Assembly (NCBI RefSeq): GCF_009834535.1
Contig: NC_045697.1
Coordinates: forward strand, 15,998,001-16,062,000
Length of the DNA: 64,000 nt
Reading direction: 5' to 3'
Origin: Camelus ferus
Lineage: Eukaryota
The translations under genes and the position numbers were made by a program. The notes under the pieces are model-generated. The model saw only the letters and a list, made by a program, of their open reading frames with translations. It was not told where the DNA came from and searched no databases. Each line of letters begins with the position of its first letter. The first letter of the stretch is position 1. Below, piece by piece: positions 13,995 to 25,807 of the stretch.

Positions 13995-14506
13995 GTTTAG
14001 ATAATTTATAGATGTACAACATAGTGATTCAATATTTTTATAGATTATATTCATTTAAAGTTATAAAATATTGGCTATATTCCCTGTGCTGTTCAAGGCA
14101 TCCTTGTAGCTTATTTATTTATTTATTTATTTTTTAGCTTATTTATTTTATACATAGTATTTTGTGTCTCCCCACTTTCCTCTTCTCACTGGTATCCCAA
14201 AGTTGGTTCTATCTATGAGTCTTTTTCAACTTTGTTGTATTCAATCCTTTGTTTTATTTTTCAGATTCCACATATAAGTGATAACATACACAATTTGTCT
14301 TTCTCTGTCTGACTCACTTCACTAAGCATAAAATCTTCCATCCACATTGTTGCAGATGGAAAATTTTGTTCTTTCTTATGGCTAAGTAATATATATCTTT
14401 ATCCGTTCATCTGTTGATGGACACTTAGGCTGCTTCCATACACTGGCTATTATAAATAATACTGCTATGAAAGTTGGGATACATGTATATTTTCAATTAG
14501 TATTTT
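13995..14506 (-). mobile_element. L1 3' fragment (cetartiodactyl type)
   Basis: agattccacatataagtgataacatac...catctgttgatggacacttaggctgcttccata...ggctattataaataatactgctatgaa. Confidence 0.9.
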
Positions 14507-14958
14507 TGTTGAACAAAAACCTTACTTAAAATGGAGTCAAATGGAGTCAGGAGGCCAGCAAGGGGCACTCTCACACTCTACCACTCCACCTCAATTGCAG
14601 ACCCAACAGGAAGAGATACATCTTATATTTCCAACAGAAAGAAGGTTACTACTTCACTACTCAGCAGCAGGAAGGAAGAAGTTTCCTTGCCTGGCAACAG
14701 CCCAGCCAATGAGAGACTAACACAACTCAACCATTGAAAAGCCACAACACTTCAAATTCTCAGCTTTCTTCAATGGACTCTATTTGAAACAGCCCCTCCC
14801 AACTCCCTTTTCTCTGTAAAGAATGTTCCTCTCCTTTATTCTCCAGACTTGCCTGTGGTTTGCCATAGCTTGCATGTCCTGAATTGCAATTCTTTTTGTT
14901 GCTAAATAAACCCATTTCACTGGTTAACACAACTGGCTGTTTTATTGTTTAAGGTCAA
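14507..14958 (+). mobile_element. ERV1-class solo LTR
   Basis: TG start, aaaatggagtc motif, agccaatgag CCAAT box, gtcctgaattgcaattct...aaataaac poly(A) signal, end tttaaggtcaa. Confidence 0.7.
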
Positions 14959-15039
14959 TTGTAAGAATCCTGAGTTTAAAGGTAATGGATTGGTTTTGAA
15001 TATAACCCTCTCATTGCCCATAGGCTTTGGAGAAGCACT

Positions 15040-15528
15040 CTTACACTCACTTCTCTCTTCTGTATACTCCTTCCAGTGGCTTACTTTGTAATCTATAAAC
15101 ATGCCAAGTGCTTTCCCAGCCAGAGCCTTTGCATTTCCAGATCTCACTCCCTGGAAGACTGTTCCCTCAACCCCTTCATCACCTGAATGGCTCATTCCCA
15201 TCCTTCTGGTATTAAAGCCTATACCACCTCCATAGAGGGGTTGCCCCCTTTCCTGAACACTATGCCCCTGGGTCCTTTGAGTCTCCACTCTGTTTATTTT
15301 TTCCTCAAAACACTTCTAATACTCTATAATTGCATTGTTTATTTGTTTGTTTATTCATTTATGCTTATCATCAGCCTCTCCCACTTCAAATCCTGTCCCC
15401 TAACTGTAATGCAAACTTTGAGTATAGAGATCCTGTCTATTTTGTTCTATTGCTTCTCCTTGGAGTCTAGAACAATCTCTAGCACCTAATAGGTGCTCAT
15501 TAAATAGTGGTTGAATAAATGAATGAAT
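15040..15528 (+). mobile_element. L2 LINE 3' end
   Basis: agagcctttgcatt...ctagaacaatctctagcacctaataggtgctcattaaatagtggttgaataaatgaatgaa. Confidence 0.85.
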
Positions 15529-16529
15529 TATTATGTTTGGAACTGAAGTATAGCATGGCAGTTTCCTGAAATTTATAACCACTTCAGTATTTTATATCAT
15601 TTCACTTTCACTCAAAAGGAATGATATTTTTGGTTAATACTTTTATAATAAAAGAGATCATTCCTAATAATAATAATAATTTTAGAAAATAATTAAATTT
15701 CAAGATGTAACTACACATTGTAGTGAATTATGAAAAGGTGAGATTTTAATTTCATATTTTCATAAAAAATATTTTATATTACTAAGTTTTTGGAAAACTT
15801 GCATGAAAATATGAACAAGACAAAGGAAAAGGGGTTTCATGATTATATCTGTTGTTTACTCTTCCTTCCTGGTTTCTGTGAGTTTGTAATTCACATTAGG
15901 TTTCACACCAGCAGATAGGGCATCCTCTGACCTTTGGGTTGCTTTTAGACACCTGATGGCAATCTTTCATTAAATTTGGCGTAGCAACAGCCATTCTGGC
16001 AAGTAGGAGAGAACAAAACTTGTTTATCTTCAGCAATCTTCGTACCGCATTTCTGAAAATGTTTCACAATGACAGACGAAACTGAGAGATTTGTGTTTCT
16101 TCCAGATGAGCATGGTGGCTTTCATCGAGAGAAAATGATGTGGGTGGATGAGTTCAATGAGAAGTCAAGAAAATGAAGTGTACATGCAGTTCAGATACAT
16201 TGAGGGACTTGGGTAAACTGCGCAGAGAGAGCAGGATGTGATGTTAATAGGCGGGAAACAAGTTCGGTGAGATTTATATTGTGTTAAAATGCGGTATAAT
16301 CTGGTGAGCCAGCGTTCCCTCCCTCCTTCCTCCTTGCTTGGTTTCTCCCTGCTTTTGACTTGCCTTTAAGCTGGGTTTAAAAGATACTGTTTTGGTAAAA
16401 TGGTAGATATTTCTCCCCAGCAAGAATGAGAAGGGCAGAAATAGGGATCCTTTCTTAAGTCTTCCTACCCATTCAGTGGGTCAACATTTTCTGTGACCTT
16501 GATGATACAAAAATATTAGGTGAGATTTA

Positions 16530-16705
16530 CCTTTTATCAAGCACCAACTATATGCTAAGACTATGCAATGTGCCTTAATTGCATTTGTCTTCATGTAATG
16601 GAGAAACTAAGCCAGAGAGGACTTAGTAACTTTCCTAAGTCATTTTGGCAGAGGATGGATTTGCCTCTGAGACCTAGGCACTCACCACTGAATATACCAC
16701 CTTCC
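16530..16705 (-). mobile_element. MIR SINE
   Basis: ttatcaagcaccaactatatgctaag...ggagaaactaagccagagagg...agtaactttcctaagtca. Confidence 0.65.
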
Positions 16706-16769
16706 TCTGTGCTCCGTGCCCACAGATCCCAACCACTCCCACAGCATGAAATGCCATCTTCATGCTGAC

Positions 16770-17128
16770 AGCTCCCTATTGAGTCTCCACTCTTCGTCTC
16801 TCTTCTGAACAAGACCTATACACTTACCTGCCTAAAGCCATCTCCTTTTAGATATCTCACATCATACATTCCCTCAGGACTAAACTCTGCCCCATTTTAC
16901 TCAATTCCTCCCATTTTAAGAAATAATGCCTAATATGTGATGTCTATGCAGTCTTCATGCCAAATCCTCAGGTGTTATACTGCACACCCCCCTCCCCATC
17001 ACCCACATGCAAACAATCACCAAGTCCTGTCCCTTGTGACTCCAAGATGTATCACCAGCCTGACTGCATATCTTAGTCCCTGCCAGCTTGGACCAAGCCA
17101 CCATGACCTGGACCACAACAATAGACTC
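16770..17128 (+). mobile_element. Degraded L2 fragment
   Basis: caatcaccaagtcctgtc...ccaagccaccatgacctggaccacaacaatag. Confidence 0.6.
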
Positions 17129-17129
17129 T

Positions 17130-17915
17130 TTTTAAATTCTTTGCTTTTATTGTGAAATATAGCATACACACATTCTATTTTATATAATAGAAGAGTCTAG
17201 AGGACTTAAATGTATTGTTTAAAAGATAATAATTAAATTATGTCCCTGTATCCACCAACCAGTTTCAGGTTTAGGAATCACCAACATCTTTGAAGAAGTT
17301 GATTTCATGTACCCCTGCCTCCCAAGAAAACCTCTATCCTGAATTTTGTTAATAATTCCTTTTTTTCTTTATAGTTCTGCCATATATATATATATCTCTA
17401 CAATATATTATACAAAGTCATCCCTCCATTTTGGTGGAGTATTGGTTTCAGGAATTGCTGTGGTTACCAAAATTCATGGAGGCTCAAGTCCCATAGTCTG
17501 TCCTCCCTATTCCTGGATTCAGCTTCCAGGCATTCAATTAAGCATAAACATAGTAGTATATATATTGAAAAAAAATCCATGTGTAAGTGGACTAATGCAG
17601 TTCAGACCCGTGTTTTTCAAGGGTCAACAGTATTCTAAAGCTGGCCTCCCTATTAGTGGTAACACATCCACAGATTCAACCAACCACAAATTGTGTAGTG
17701 CTGCGCTTACAATCCCATCCAGGTTGGTTGAACCTTCAGATGCAGAATCAGCAGATACACAGAGAGAAGAGGATAGACTATGAGACTTGAACATCTGTGG
17801 ATTGAGGTGTCTGCAGCATGTCTTGGAACAAATCCTCAGTAGATAATGAATATTGGCTCTATTATAGTTTTGCTTGGTTTTGAAATGTAAACAAATGGAG
17901 TCATAACATGTTTTA
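17130..17915 (-). mobile_element. Old L1 (L1ME-like) 3' end, split by a Tigger element
   Basis: ttttattgtgaaatatagcatacac...ctatcctgaattttg...caatatatta | tagttttgcttggttttgaaatgtaaacaaatggagtcata. Confidence 0.7.
17413..17859. mobile_element. Composite Tigger MITE (MER2/Tigger3-like ends, MER8/Tigger2-like core)
   Basis: Degenerate ~80-bp terminal inverted repeats with TA flanks; internal aaaaatccatgtgtaagtggac...gcagttcagacccgtgtttttcaagggtcaacag is a MER8-type end. Confidence 0.8.
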
Positions 17916-18147
17916 TTACAGCTTATTCTTTACATCAAGAGTTGGGGCAGTGTCTCATTAGCTGGGCTATTGCCAGGCAAGAAGAAATTCTTCCTTCTTC
18001 TGCTGAGTAGTAAAGTAGTAACCTTCTTTCTGTCAGAGATGCAAGATATAGCTCTTCCTGTTGGGTCTACAATTGATATGGAGTGGTAGGGTGTGACAGC
18101 TCTGCCTTCTAGTCTCCTGACTCTATGTTAAAGTTTTCTGTTAAACA

Positions 18148-18530
18148 AATATACTAACTGGAAAAGATACATGAACTCCAATGTTCATAGCAGCATTATT
18201 TACAAAAGCCAATGTATGGAAACAACCTAAGTGTCTATCAATAGATGAATGGATAAAGATGTGCTATATATATATGTGTGTGTGTGTGTGTATATAACAC
18301 ACACAGACACACACACACACACACTCACAATGGAATATTACTCAGCCACAAGAAAGAATGAAATTTTGCCATTTGCAAAAACATGGATAGACCCAGAAGT
18401 TATGTTTAGTGGAACAAGTTGGACAGAGAAACACAAATACTTTATGTTATTATTTATATATGGAATCTAAAAATGAAAAGAATGAATATAACAAAATAGA
18501 AACACACTCATAGATATAGAGAACAAACTA
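18148..18530 (+). mobile_element. L1 ORF2-end/3'UTR fragment with internal TG/CA microsatellite
   Basis: aatgttcatagcagcattatttaca...atggaaacaacctaagtgtctatcaatagatgaatggataaag...aatggaatattactcagcca. Confidence 0.92.
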
Positions 18531-18973
18531 CATCAGAATAACTGAGAATGATTCTTCTTTTTCTATCTCAATCCCCACATTCCAACAGTCATCAAATTCT
18601 ATTGATTTCACCTCAATGTCCCACACAGTTTTTTTTTAAAAAAACAAATCTAGAAACTGAAATCTCCTGATTACTAGACAACGTTTAATTTCCATCTCAC
18701 TATAAAATGATTCCCATCTCCTGCCCTATGTTGTGCTGTTCAGGACATCAAAAGGTCATTGTTCAGTGCTAAGCAGGTCCTTGTTGCTTTGCAGATCAAC
18801 AAAGTAGTGCTGTGTCCTTAAAGCTAGAAGACAGTGAGAAAAATGTGAGAAAAAGTTAAATGTTTTCTGCAGGATAAAGGTCTTACCCATGACTGATCAT
18901 ATGTAATTGGCTATTTTGCCTTGTATCAGTCACTATCCTAAGGGGACAACAGGTAAATAACAATACTCTTTGG

Positions 18974-19210
18974 ATAATATTTATTGAGGTTTTTCAATGT
19001 TTCCAGCATAGTTGTTTGGATTTTCTGTACCTTGTTCAATCCTCATAACAACACTATGATGTGGATACTATTATTATCTCTATTTTATAGATGAGGCAAT
19101 TGAGACACAGGGAGGTTAAGAAACTTTCCCAGGGTTTCATAGGAAGTGAAGGAACTCAGGTATTAACCTAGACAGTTTGTCCCTAAAGCATGATTTTAAT
19201 TATGACACTC
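18974..19210 (-). mobile_element. MIR SINE
   Basis: aatcctcataacaacactatga...tattattatctctattttatagatgaggcaattgagacacagggaggttaag. Confidence 0.9.
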
Positions 19211-19508
19211 TAGAGCTCCAGTGGAATAAGATACAATCCCTTTTTATAAGTGTTTTATAGTTGATGTGGAAGAGAGACCCATAAACATAAAACAGTGGGA
19301 TAAGTATTATGATCCATTCAACATATCTTTCTGGTGACTGCTATGTAGTGGCTATTTTGCAATGTGCTTTCATTTATATAGTATAGATCAGGGAATATGA
19401 ACTCAGAGGTTAGAGAGTTTGAGGAGAGTTATTTAACATCTCAGAACAGTTTTCTCATAATAAAAATGTGAACACTAACATCTATTTCAAAGTTCTACCA
19501 TTGGTGTT

Positions 19509-19646
19509 TATTTAATTAATTATTTTTTTTTGCAGGGGGAGGTAATTAGGCTTACTTTGTATTTTTTAAATGGAGGTGCTGGGGATTGCACCCAGGATTT
19601 TGTGCATGCAAGGCAAGCACTCAACCTCTGAGCTATACCCTCCCCA
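19509..19646 (-). mobile_element. tRNA-derived camelid SINE (Vic-1-like), inserted in a MIR
   Basis: Reverse complement reads ggggagggtatagctcagagg...cctgggtgcaatccccagcacctcc; TSD ctaccattRgtRtt at 19495-19508 and 19647-19660 (12/14). Confidence 0.85.
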
Positions 19647-19869
19647 CTACCATTAGTATTAAATAGGTTAATGTATATCAAGCAGTCAGCACATAGTGGG
19701 CCAATATGAAAACTTTTATGAGTTGTAGGAGGGCTAATGAAAGAGGTATGTACAACGTGTCAGATGAACATTAAGGAAGAAATTATTAATCTAGCCTAGG
19801 GTGTGGGGGGTGTTTCCAACAGCTGACAGAGCACATGATCTAGGACTTAAAAGATACACTCTAACTTTC

Positions 19870-20205
19870 TCTGTTTTCCCTTGCAGCATCAAGATTTTCC
19901 CCTGGGGAACCACTCTTTCCTCCAGGTATGCACACTCTACCCCCTGTAGACCTGGCCACTGCTGACATCCATCCTGTTACCCCAAAATGAGCCTCCCAGA
20001 TACTGAAATAGATACTACAGAAGGCAGAGAAGAGGGATGGCAAGAATGGGGACCCTTGATAAAATGCCAACAAGCCATTGGCTCAAGCAACTTTGAGTCT
20101 TGATGACCTCTTGACTTTCCAATCTGTGAGCCAATACAACAGCTTCAATGTTGAAGCCTGTTTGAGCTGAGTTTTCTGTTACTTGCAACTGATCCTCCTA
20201 ACTGT
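19870..20205 (+). mobile_element. Old MaLR LTR (MLT1J/K-like)
   Basis: 3' end gtgagccaata...aagcctgtttgagctgagttttctgttacttgcaac. Confidence 0.7.
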
Positions 20206-20560
20206 GGGGAATTCTAGAAGGGAGAGCTACATGTGCAAAGGCTCACAGAGAAGAGGGCATGATGGGTTTGGAAGTATTATATTGAGAAACGAGGCCAGGA
20301 GGTGGGTCAGTGCCAGCTTTTCAAGGCATTGACTTCCATTTTAATGAGCTTGGACTGTAGCCTGTAGGCAGTGGGGAGCAATGGTTTTTGAGCAGAGAAG
20401 TGACAGGATCATATTTGCATTTTAGAAATATGACTCTGGCTGTGAAGTTGAGTTTGGACAAGAGAGAACAGGGAAAGCTGAAAGCAGAGAAAAGAGTTGG
20501 GAGATAATTGGAATGAAATGAAGTCAAGATGGCAATAGTGGAGCTAGAGAGGGAAGGACT
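20206..20560 (-). mobile_element. L2 fragment
   Basis: catgtgcaaaggc...gtaggcagtggggagc...tttgagcagagaagtgacaggatcatatttgcattttagaaatatgactctggc. Confidence 0.85.
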
Positions 20561-21617
20561 GGGTATCATTTTCTTTCTAGATCCATCTTTTTATTATGTA
20601 CATACTTTTATGGATTCTCTTTGGCTTTTAATTATGGGCTCATAGATACCTCACCAGTTACAGCTGCATGCTGGCAGACAGAGGACTCTGCTCTCCAGGT
20701 GTAGTGCAGGGGCTTCAAAATCCAAGACATGAGGCATAGAAACTTTCTCAGTTTTAATATGGCTTTGCTGTCCTTATTCCTACGTCATGATGATGCTCTT
20801 TAGCTGGACATTAACAAATGGTACTGAAAGTCTGTGATCATCACAGACCACAATTCAGGAAGCCAATTGAAATATCCTTCTGAATTCATAGTTGAGTTCC
20901 CCAGTTTCTTCCCTTCCAGGTGGGAGATGCCTTGCTAGGGAGAACCAAAATATTGTCATAAAATTAGTGTTTATTGCCTCTTTTTCCAGTATCAGAAACT
21001 CTCCAACTAGTTATCATAGCATTAATTTTGGTTCCCACTCTTCTGAAATTTTTCTTTTAGTAGAGGAACATTGGAATTGTATTGAGACAGAGATGCATAA
21101 ACAATTGGGAGTTTGGTTTTAAGTATACACATTAAAAAAGCAGGACTTCATGTCTAGTCTGTCTGGAATTCTGCTTTCATTTGCTTCATGCAGTGTGGTG
21201 CAAGTTTAAATGATCAATTAAGCACCTGTTACTGGATCCAGGGCAGAGTTATAACTCCATGTTTCCATGAGTAATACCATCTATATCATGCTCATCTTCT
21301 GCTGAACTATGAAGTCATAGCTAGAGTCACACTGGGGGACCTCTAAGGATTTAGGCCAGGAAAATCCTTTTCCAAGCTCCTTCTAGCACCATCACCACCA
21401 CCAAATTAAATCTACTCCTATGCCTCAACTTGGATGGATGGGCAGTGATTCCATTAAAAAAAATTAAATGACAGGTACTGGAAAATATCTTAAAAATGAA
21501 CTACTCTAGAATGATTAGGCAATGAGTTCAGTTGTCTTGGTTGAAGCTAGAGATACTAGAAACCATGTATCAAAGTGTGGAGGTGGAACCCACCATGCAG
21601 GACTTGCCACAAAATAG

Positions 21618-21765
21618 GTGCCTCAGTTCCCCATCTATTAGGGAGAAGTGATTATAATATATACCTCTCATGGCTGTTTGAGGAGTAAATAAATTAATAT
21701 ATTTAAATCACTTAAAATGCTACTGGCACATATTAAGTACCAAATTAAGTGTCAGCTAGTATAAT
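21618..21765 (+). mobile_element. MIR SINE
   Basis: gcctcagttccccatcta...tacctctcatggctgtttgaggagtaaata...ctggcacatattaagtac. Confidence 0.8.
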
Positions 21766-21779
21766 ATGGTTATTTGGAG

Positions 21780-22538
21780 ACTCAGGTTTGCTATCAAGTT
21801 CCAGCAAGAATGGGCTGGCTGGCTGAATGACCAATTTGGTAGAACAAAGGCACGTTTGCTGCATTGGGCAGCAGGCACTTGAGTTTGTGAAGGTAAAGGG
21901 AGAATGAATATTTTGTATGAATCCATGTGACCACACACAAGAGACACGTGCATGGAGTGGTTTTAAGTCTTGTCCAAAAGCGGTGAGCAGATCTATGCAA
22001 AGAGAGGCTGGAGAAGCTACTGGATTCCTAGATGTGAGGAAGGGATAAGAGTTAGCCAGAACAGAGACACATTCACCCCGTCTATGAAACTGCAGGTGAG
22101 CGTGTCAGTGATGGAAGGGCACCAAGTGATCTTGAAAGCATCATAAGAAAGTCAGTTATCAACACTGACAACTTCAGAGAGTCAGGGACAAGTCATCGTG
22201 ATGGTGTCAACTAATAGGAAATGTCCTTCTCCCCTTACTCTCTTCTCTTACATCCTTCCTTGTTGGGTTTGGGGGGAAGCCATCAGTAATCTTGTATGGC
22301 AAGTTGGGGAAGAAGGAAAAGAAGAGGAGAAAAGGCTGGAAAAGGGATTCTTATCAATTCAATCCCTCTGGCCACAGGCTTTTTATTTATGAAGCTGTCT
22401 GAGCCAGAGGAGAGGGAGAAGTTTTCATTTTAATTAAAGATATACTGTTACATAGAACTACGTACTTTAATTACTGAACTGAAACAGTGTTTTGTGCCTT
22501 AAAGTGACAAAAAAGCTAATTGTCAACTGAAGGATGAC

Positions 22539-22582
<44 letters not shown>

Positions 22583-22700
22583 ATGAGTCCTGCAGAGGTT
22601 CCTGTCAGAACTAGAACCATGAGAGTGGGTTTAAAAGGACAATGGGAGACAAAGTAAGGTTGCTTGGTGATTGAATATATGAGTTGTTTCTGTCCAGCAT
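21780..22700 (+). mobile_element. Possible ancient Gypsy-like LTR (MamGypLTR-like)
   Basis: ctttaattactgaactgaaacagtgttttgtgccttaaagtgac...aaaggacaatgggagacaaagtaaggttgc resembles MamGypLTR 3' parts; limits uncertain. Confidence 0.4.
22540..22581 (+). repeat. Pure poly(A)42
   Basis: Uninterrupted A run counted directly. Confidence 0.97.
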
Positions 22701-22712
22701 AATGGCTGCACA

Positions 22713-24100
22713 ATTAGCAAATATTTATTGAATGCTGCTACATGCCAGGCCTTGCTCTGGTGCTCAGCATACAGCAATGAACAAAGATAAATGTCTACTA
22801 TTTGGGGAATGAGATTCTACAGGGGAAAATGGATGGCAAAGGAATAAAGAAATGATCCCATAGATTGTCATTATGTAACAATCAACATGGGAGTAAGAGG
22901 AAAGGAGTGAGGAGGGGGTAAGTGTGAAAGAGTGGGCATCAAGAAGATCTTTCCTGATTGCTTCTCTTTTCTCAGTGCACTTGGAAGTGACATCATTGTG
23001 GGGAGTAAGGGCGATGCAGGAGGTTCTGAAATTTTAAAGGGAAGGTATAAAATTGTCCCCTAGAATCATGGGAGAGAAAACTGAACTGGGAACTGTCAGG
23101 CAGCTCTAAGGACCCTCTTGAGAGCGATGGTAATTATTGTAAGCGACAGGAGTGAGCATTTGTGTATGTTTTTCTCCATCTTGGTTCAATTACCCTGGTG
23201 CAGGCATGGGGTTTGGCCAGGGAATCATGATGGAGGAAGAAAGGGGAAGGGGCTTGAGCCTAATGGGAAAGAACCATGGAATCTAAGTTGGGGATGGTGA
23301 GGAATTAAGGACAAGAGAAGACTGAGGGCTAGGATTAATGGTTTACTGGTTACTGTGGGGCTTTTTAATTATTTGAGTCAAGACACAAGATGAGAGTGAG
23401 TAAGCTGTAGAGACAAGAAGTGTGACATGAGAAAAGGATATGGAGATGATGGTGATGACAAGCTCAGGGAATAGCCTAAGGACTGGGTGGCTGAAGTTGA
23501 GTGTAGACAACATCATGGAGAAGGGAGGCCAAGAAACAGCTAACCAAGAGGCTAGAATGATAAAAGAACTGTCTATATGGGTATTGAAAGTCACTAAGAA
23601 TCACAATAGGAGTAATACTGGGGATTAATAATGAGCGAGGTGTCCAAACTCTTAAGAAATGAGGAGTGACTGAGGGTAGATTAAGAAGGAGGGCGGTAGT
23701 GGTAGTATAGTCAGAGTTAAGTTCAAAGCTGGGAATTTCAGTGAAAGAAAGAGATCTAGAAGTGGCTACGAGGTGCAAAGACAGCACCCTACTCCTGGGC
23801 TCAGTGGTATGAGGAGTATGGGAGAGAAAGGAACGTATATTTGAGAGTTGTATAGGGGATCTGGTGTCTTCAGCACACAGCAAGATTTTGGTTGGAACAA
23901 GTGAGAGAAGCAGAAGGGAACGATGATAAAAGGAGAGGTTTGTTGACAACAGACTATGAATTCTAGAAAGCTCATGGGGAGTGGGATTTGGGGTCAGATT
24001 ACAAGATATACAGAATTACAGGGTGATGAAGGATGACCTGGGAGATGAGACATTTGGTGTGGACTGGTAAATATGGAAGTACAGTGAGATCAGTCCATCT
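22713..24100 (-). mobile_element. L2 LINE: 3' end joined to ORF2 endonuclease-region relic
   Basis: caaatatttattgaatgctgctacatgccagg 3' end; minus-strand translation PIVILSDF/NTHID...LVIT resembles the APE-endonuclease motif ILGDFNIHID...LDLVIT. Confidence 0.8.
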
Positions 24101-24276
24101 GACCATCCTGGTTTAGGCTGATTATGGTGGTGAGGATTCTAGACAAGGAGCAGTGGAGGTCTTGCTTGGAGAACTCACTGCTCAGGGTAGTTCCAAGGTC
24201 AGAAAGAGTATGATGATTTAGTCACTAGGGGCTGGGCTGCTGCATTAAACCCTTACACATCTGAGGCAAGTACTTC

Positions 24277-24278
<2 letters not shown>

Positions 24279-24314
<36 letters not shown>
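24279..24314 (+). repeat. (TG)18 microsatellite
   Basis: Counted directly. Confidence 0.97.
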
Positions 24315-24317
<3 letters not shown>

Positions 24318-24670
24318 CTAACTTTAATCAGAATAGCTACCCGGAAACAGGGTGAGAAATGACTGAGAATGGATTAATGAGCTTAGTCACAGATGCATGA
24401 GGGTTAAGTGGTTTACAAGTTGTAAATAGGCGACTTTTAATTTTTACATTTTTTAAAAACAGAGATGCAGAAAAGTAAGTGATTTGCTCAAAATCACAGC
24501 TACTTAATGAATCAGAACCACTTCACCAGGAATACATGAAAACAGTATTGAGGTAGCCCTCATCATCATGTTATTTTGTGTTTATGTTCAGTTGATAACG
24601 ATTAGTAATACAGATATGGAGTCTTGGCTTCGCCACCAGCCGTCTGTGTAACTATGGGCAATTTATTTGC

Positions 24671-24905
24671 TATGTCAATTTGGGTTCTCCAAGAAGCAGA
24701 CACCATGATGGGATTAGACATGCTGAAGATTTATTGGGGGGAGATGCCTGTGATGGATAAAGTAATGAGGAGCAGGAGTAGGTTAGGGAGCAAAGTATAA
24801 GTCTGATGTCTTAAAGAGAGAGAGAAGTGGAGGTGAGTGGAAGGAACCTCAGATTACAGATCAGTCATAAGCAAAGCTGGCCTGCGAGGTGAGTCCTGCC
24901 CAACG
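24671..24905 (-). mobile_element. ERVL LTR16-family fragment
   Basis: gggttctccaagaagcagacacc...ggattagacatgctgaagatttattgggggg...cctgtgatggataaag...ggagcaggagtagg. Confidence 0.75.
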
Positions 24906-25202
24906 TGGTCTAATTTCCTTGTCTGGAAGTATTTAAAATACTAAATACAGTACTGAAAACATCTTCCCTTGTCCCCAACATAGAACCTATGCTTCCATCA
25001 CATGACAGTATAAGTCACAGGCCCTGTGATGGACAGTCTTCCTTTCTACCTTTTATGTTGTTTGTCTGTTACCATATGGAGTTTGTACCCCAAGCAATGT
25101 TTGGTAGAAGGAGTGCCGCAGGTTTTTTGAATAAACTTCCCATTGATAGTTGTTATTGATTCTTCCTGGCATCTCTGGTTACTTGAGCCAGTTTTGAGTG
25201 GC

Positions 25203-25420
25203 TGTGGAATCCATGGGCTCCAGTATTGGACTAAGTGAGTTTGAGTTCTGGCATCACGACTTAGTAGCTTTGTGATTTGGGGAAGTTGACTTAGGGTGCA
25301 AAGGAAGATAATATGAATCACTGTCTCAGACGATTGATGTAAGAAATTAACAAGATACTTCTTGAGACAAGTTTAAAAAATGCATGGCACTTAAAAAGTT
25401 AGGTTGGTAGATTTAGCTAC
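25203..25420 (+). mobile_element. MIR SINE
   Basis: gagtttgagttctggcatcacgacttagtagctttgtgatttggggaagttgactta. Confidence 0.7.
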
Positions 25421-25807
25421 TAGCATTATTGTCTGTCTGATCTTTCTGTCCTTTGGTCTTTATCCACTCAAGTCTTATCTCTTCCAGTAAAAATCCATGA
25501 TTCTTGAGAACAGAGAGTATAGGTTAGGTATATTCAATACCCACAAAACAAACACACCTATGTACATGCAAATTCTATTTGATCATGGATCTAATGCTAA
25601 AAATGTGCCATGAAAAGTGGTGAAATTCAGATTTTGCATAAGCCAAAAAGTCAACAACATATATAGAGATAAAAACAGGAAAGATTTGGACAGACAAAAG
25701 TCATGTGTTAGTGGAATATAATCCCCGTAAAGGCAGGGCTGTATTCTCCAGCACTAAGACTGATGCCTGGTCCAGAGAGGCATTTCATAAATTCTATTTC
25801 ATCTTAT

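Noticed and set aside
17346..17783. 145-aa ORF
   Set aside because: Lies in L1 and non-autonomous Tigger MITE sequence; no transposase motifs
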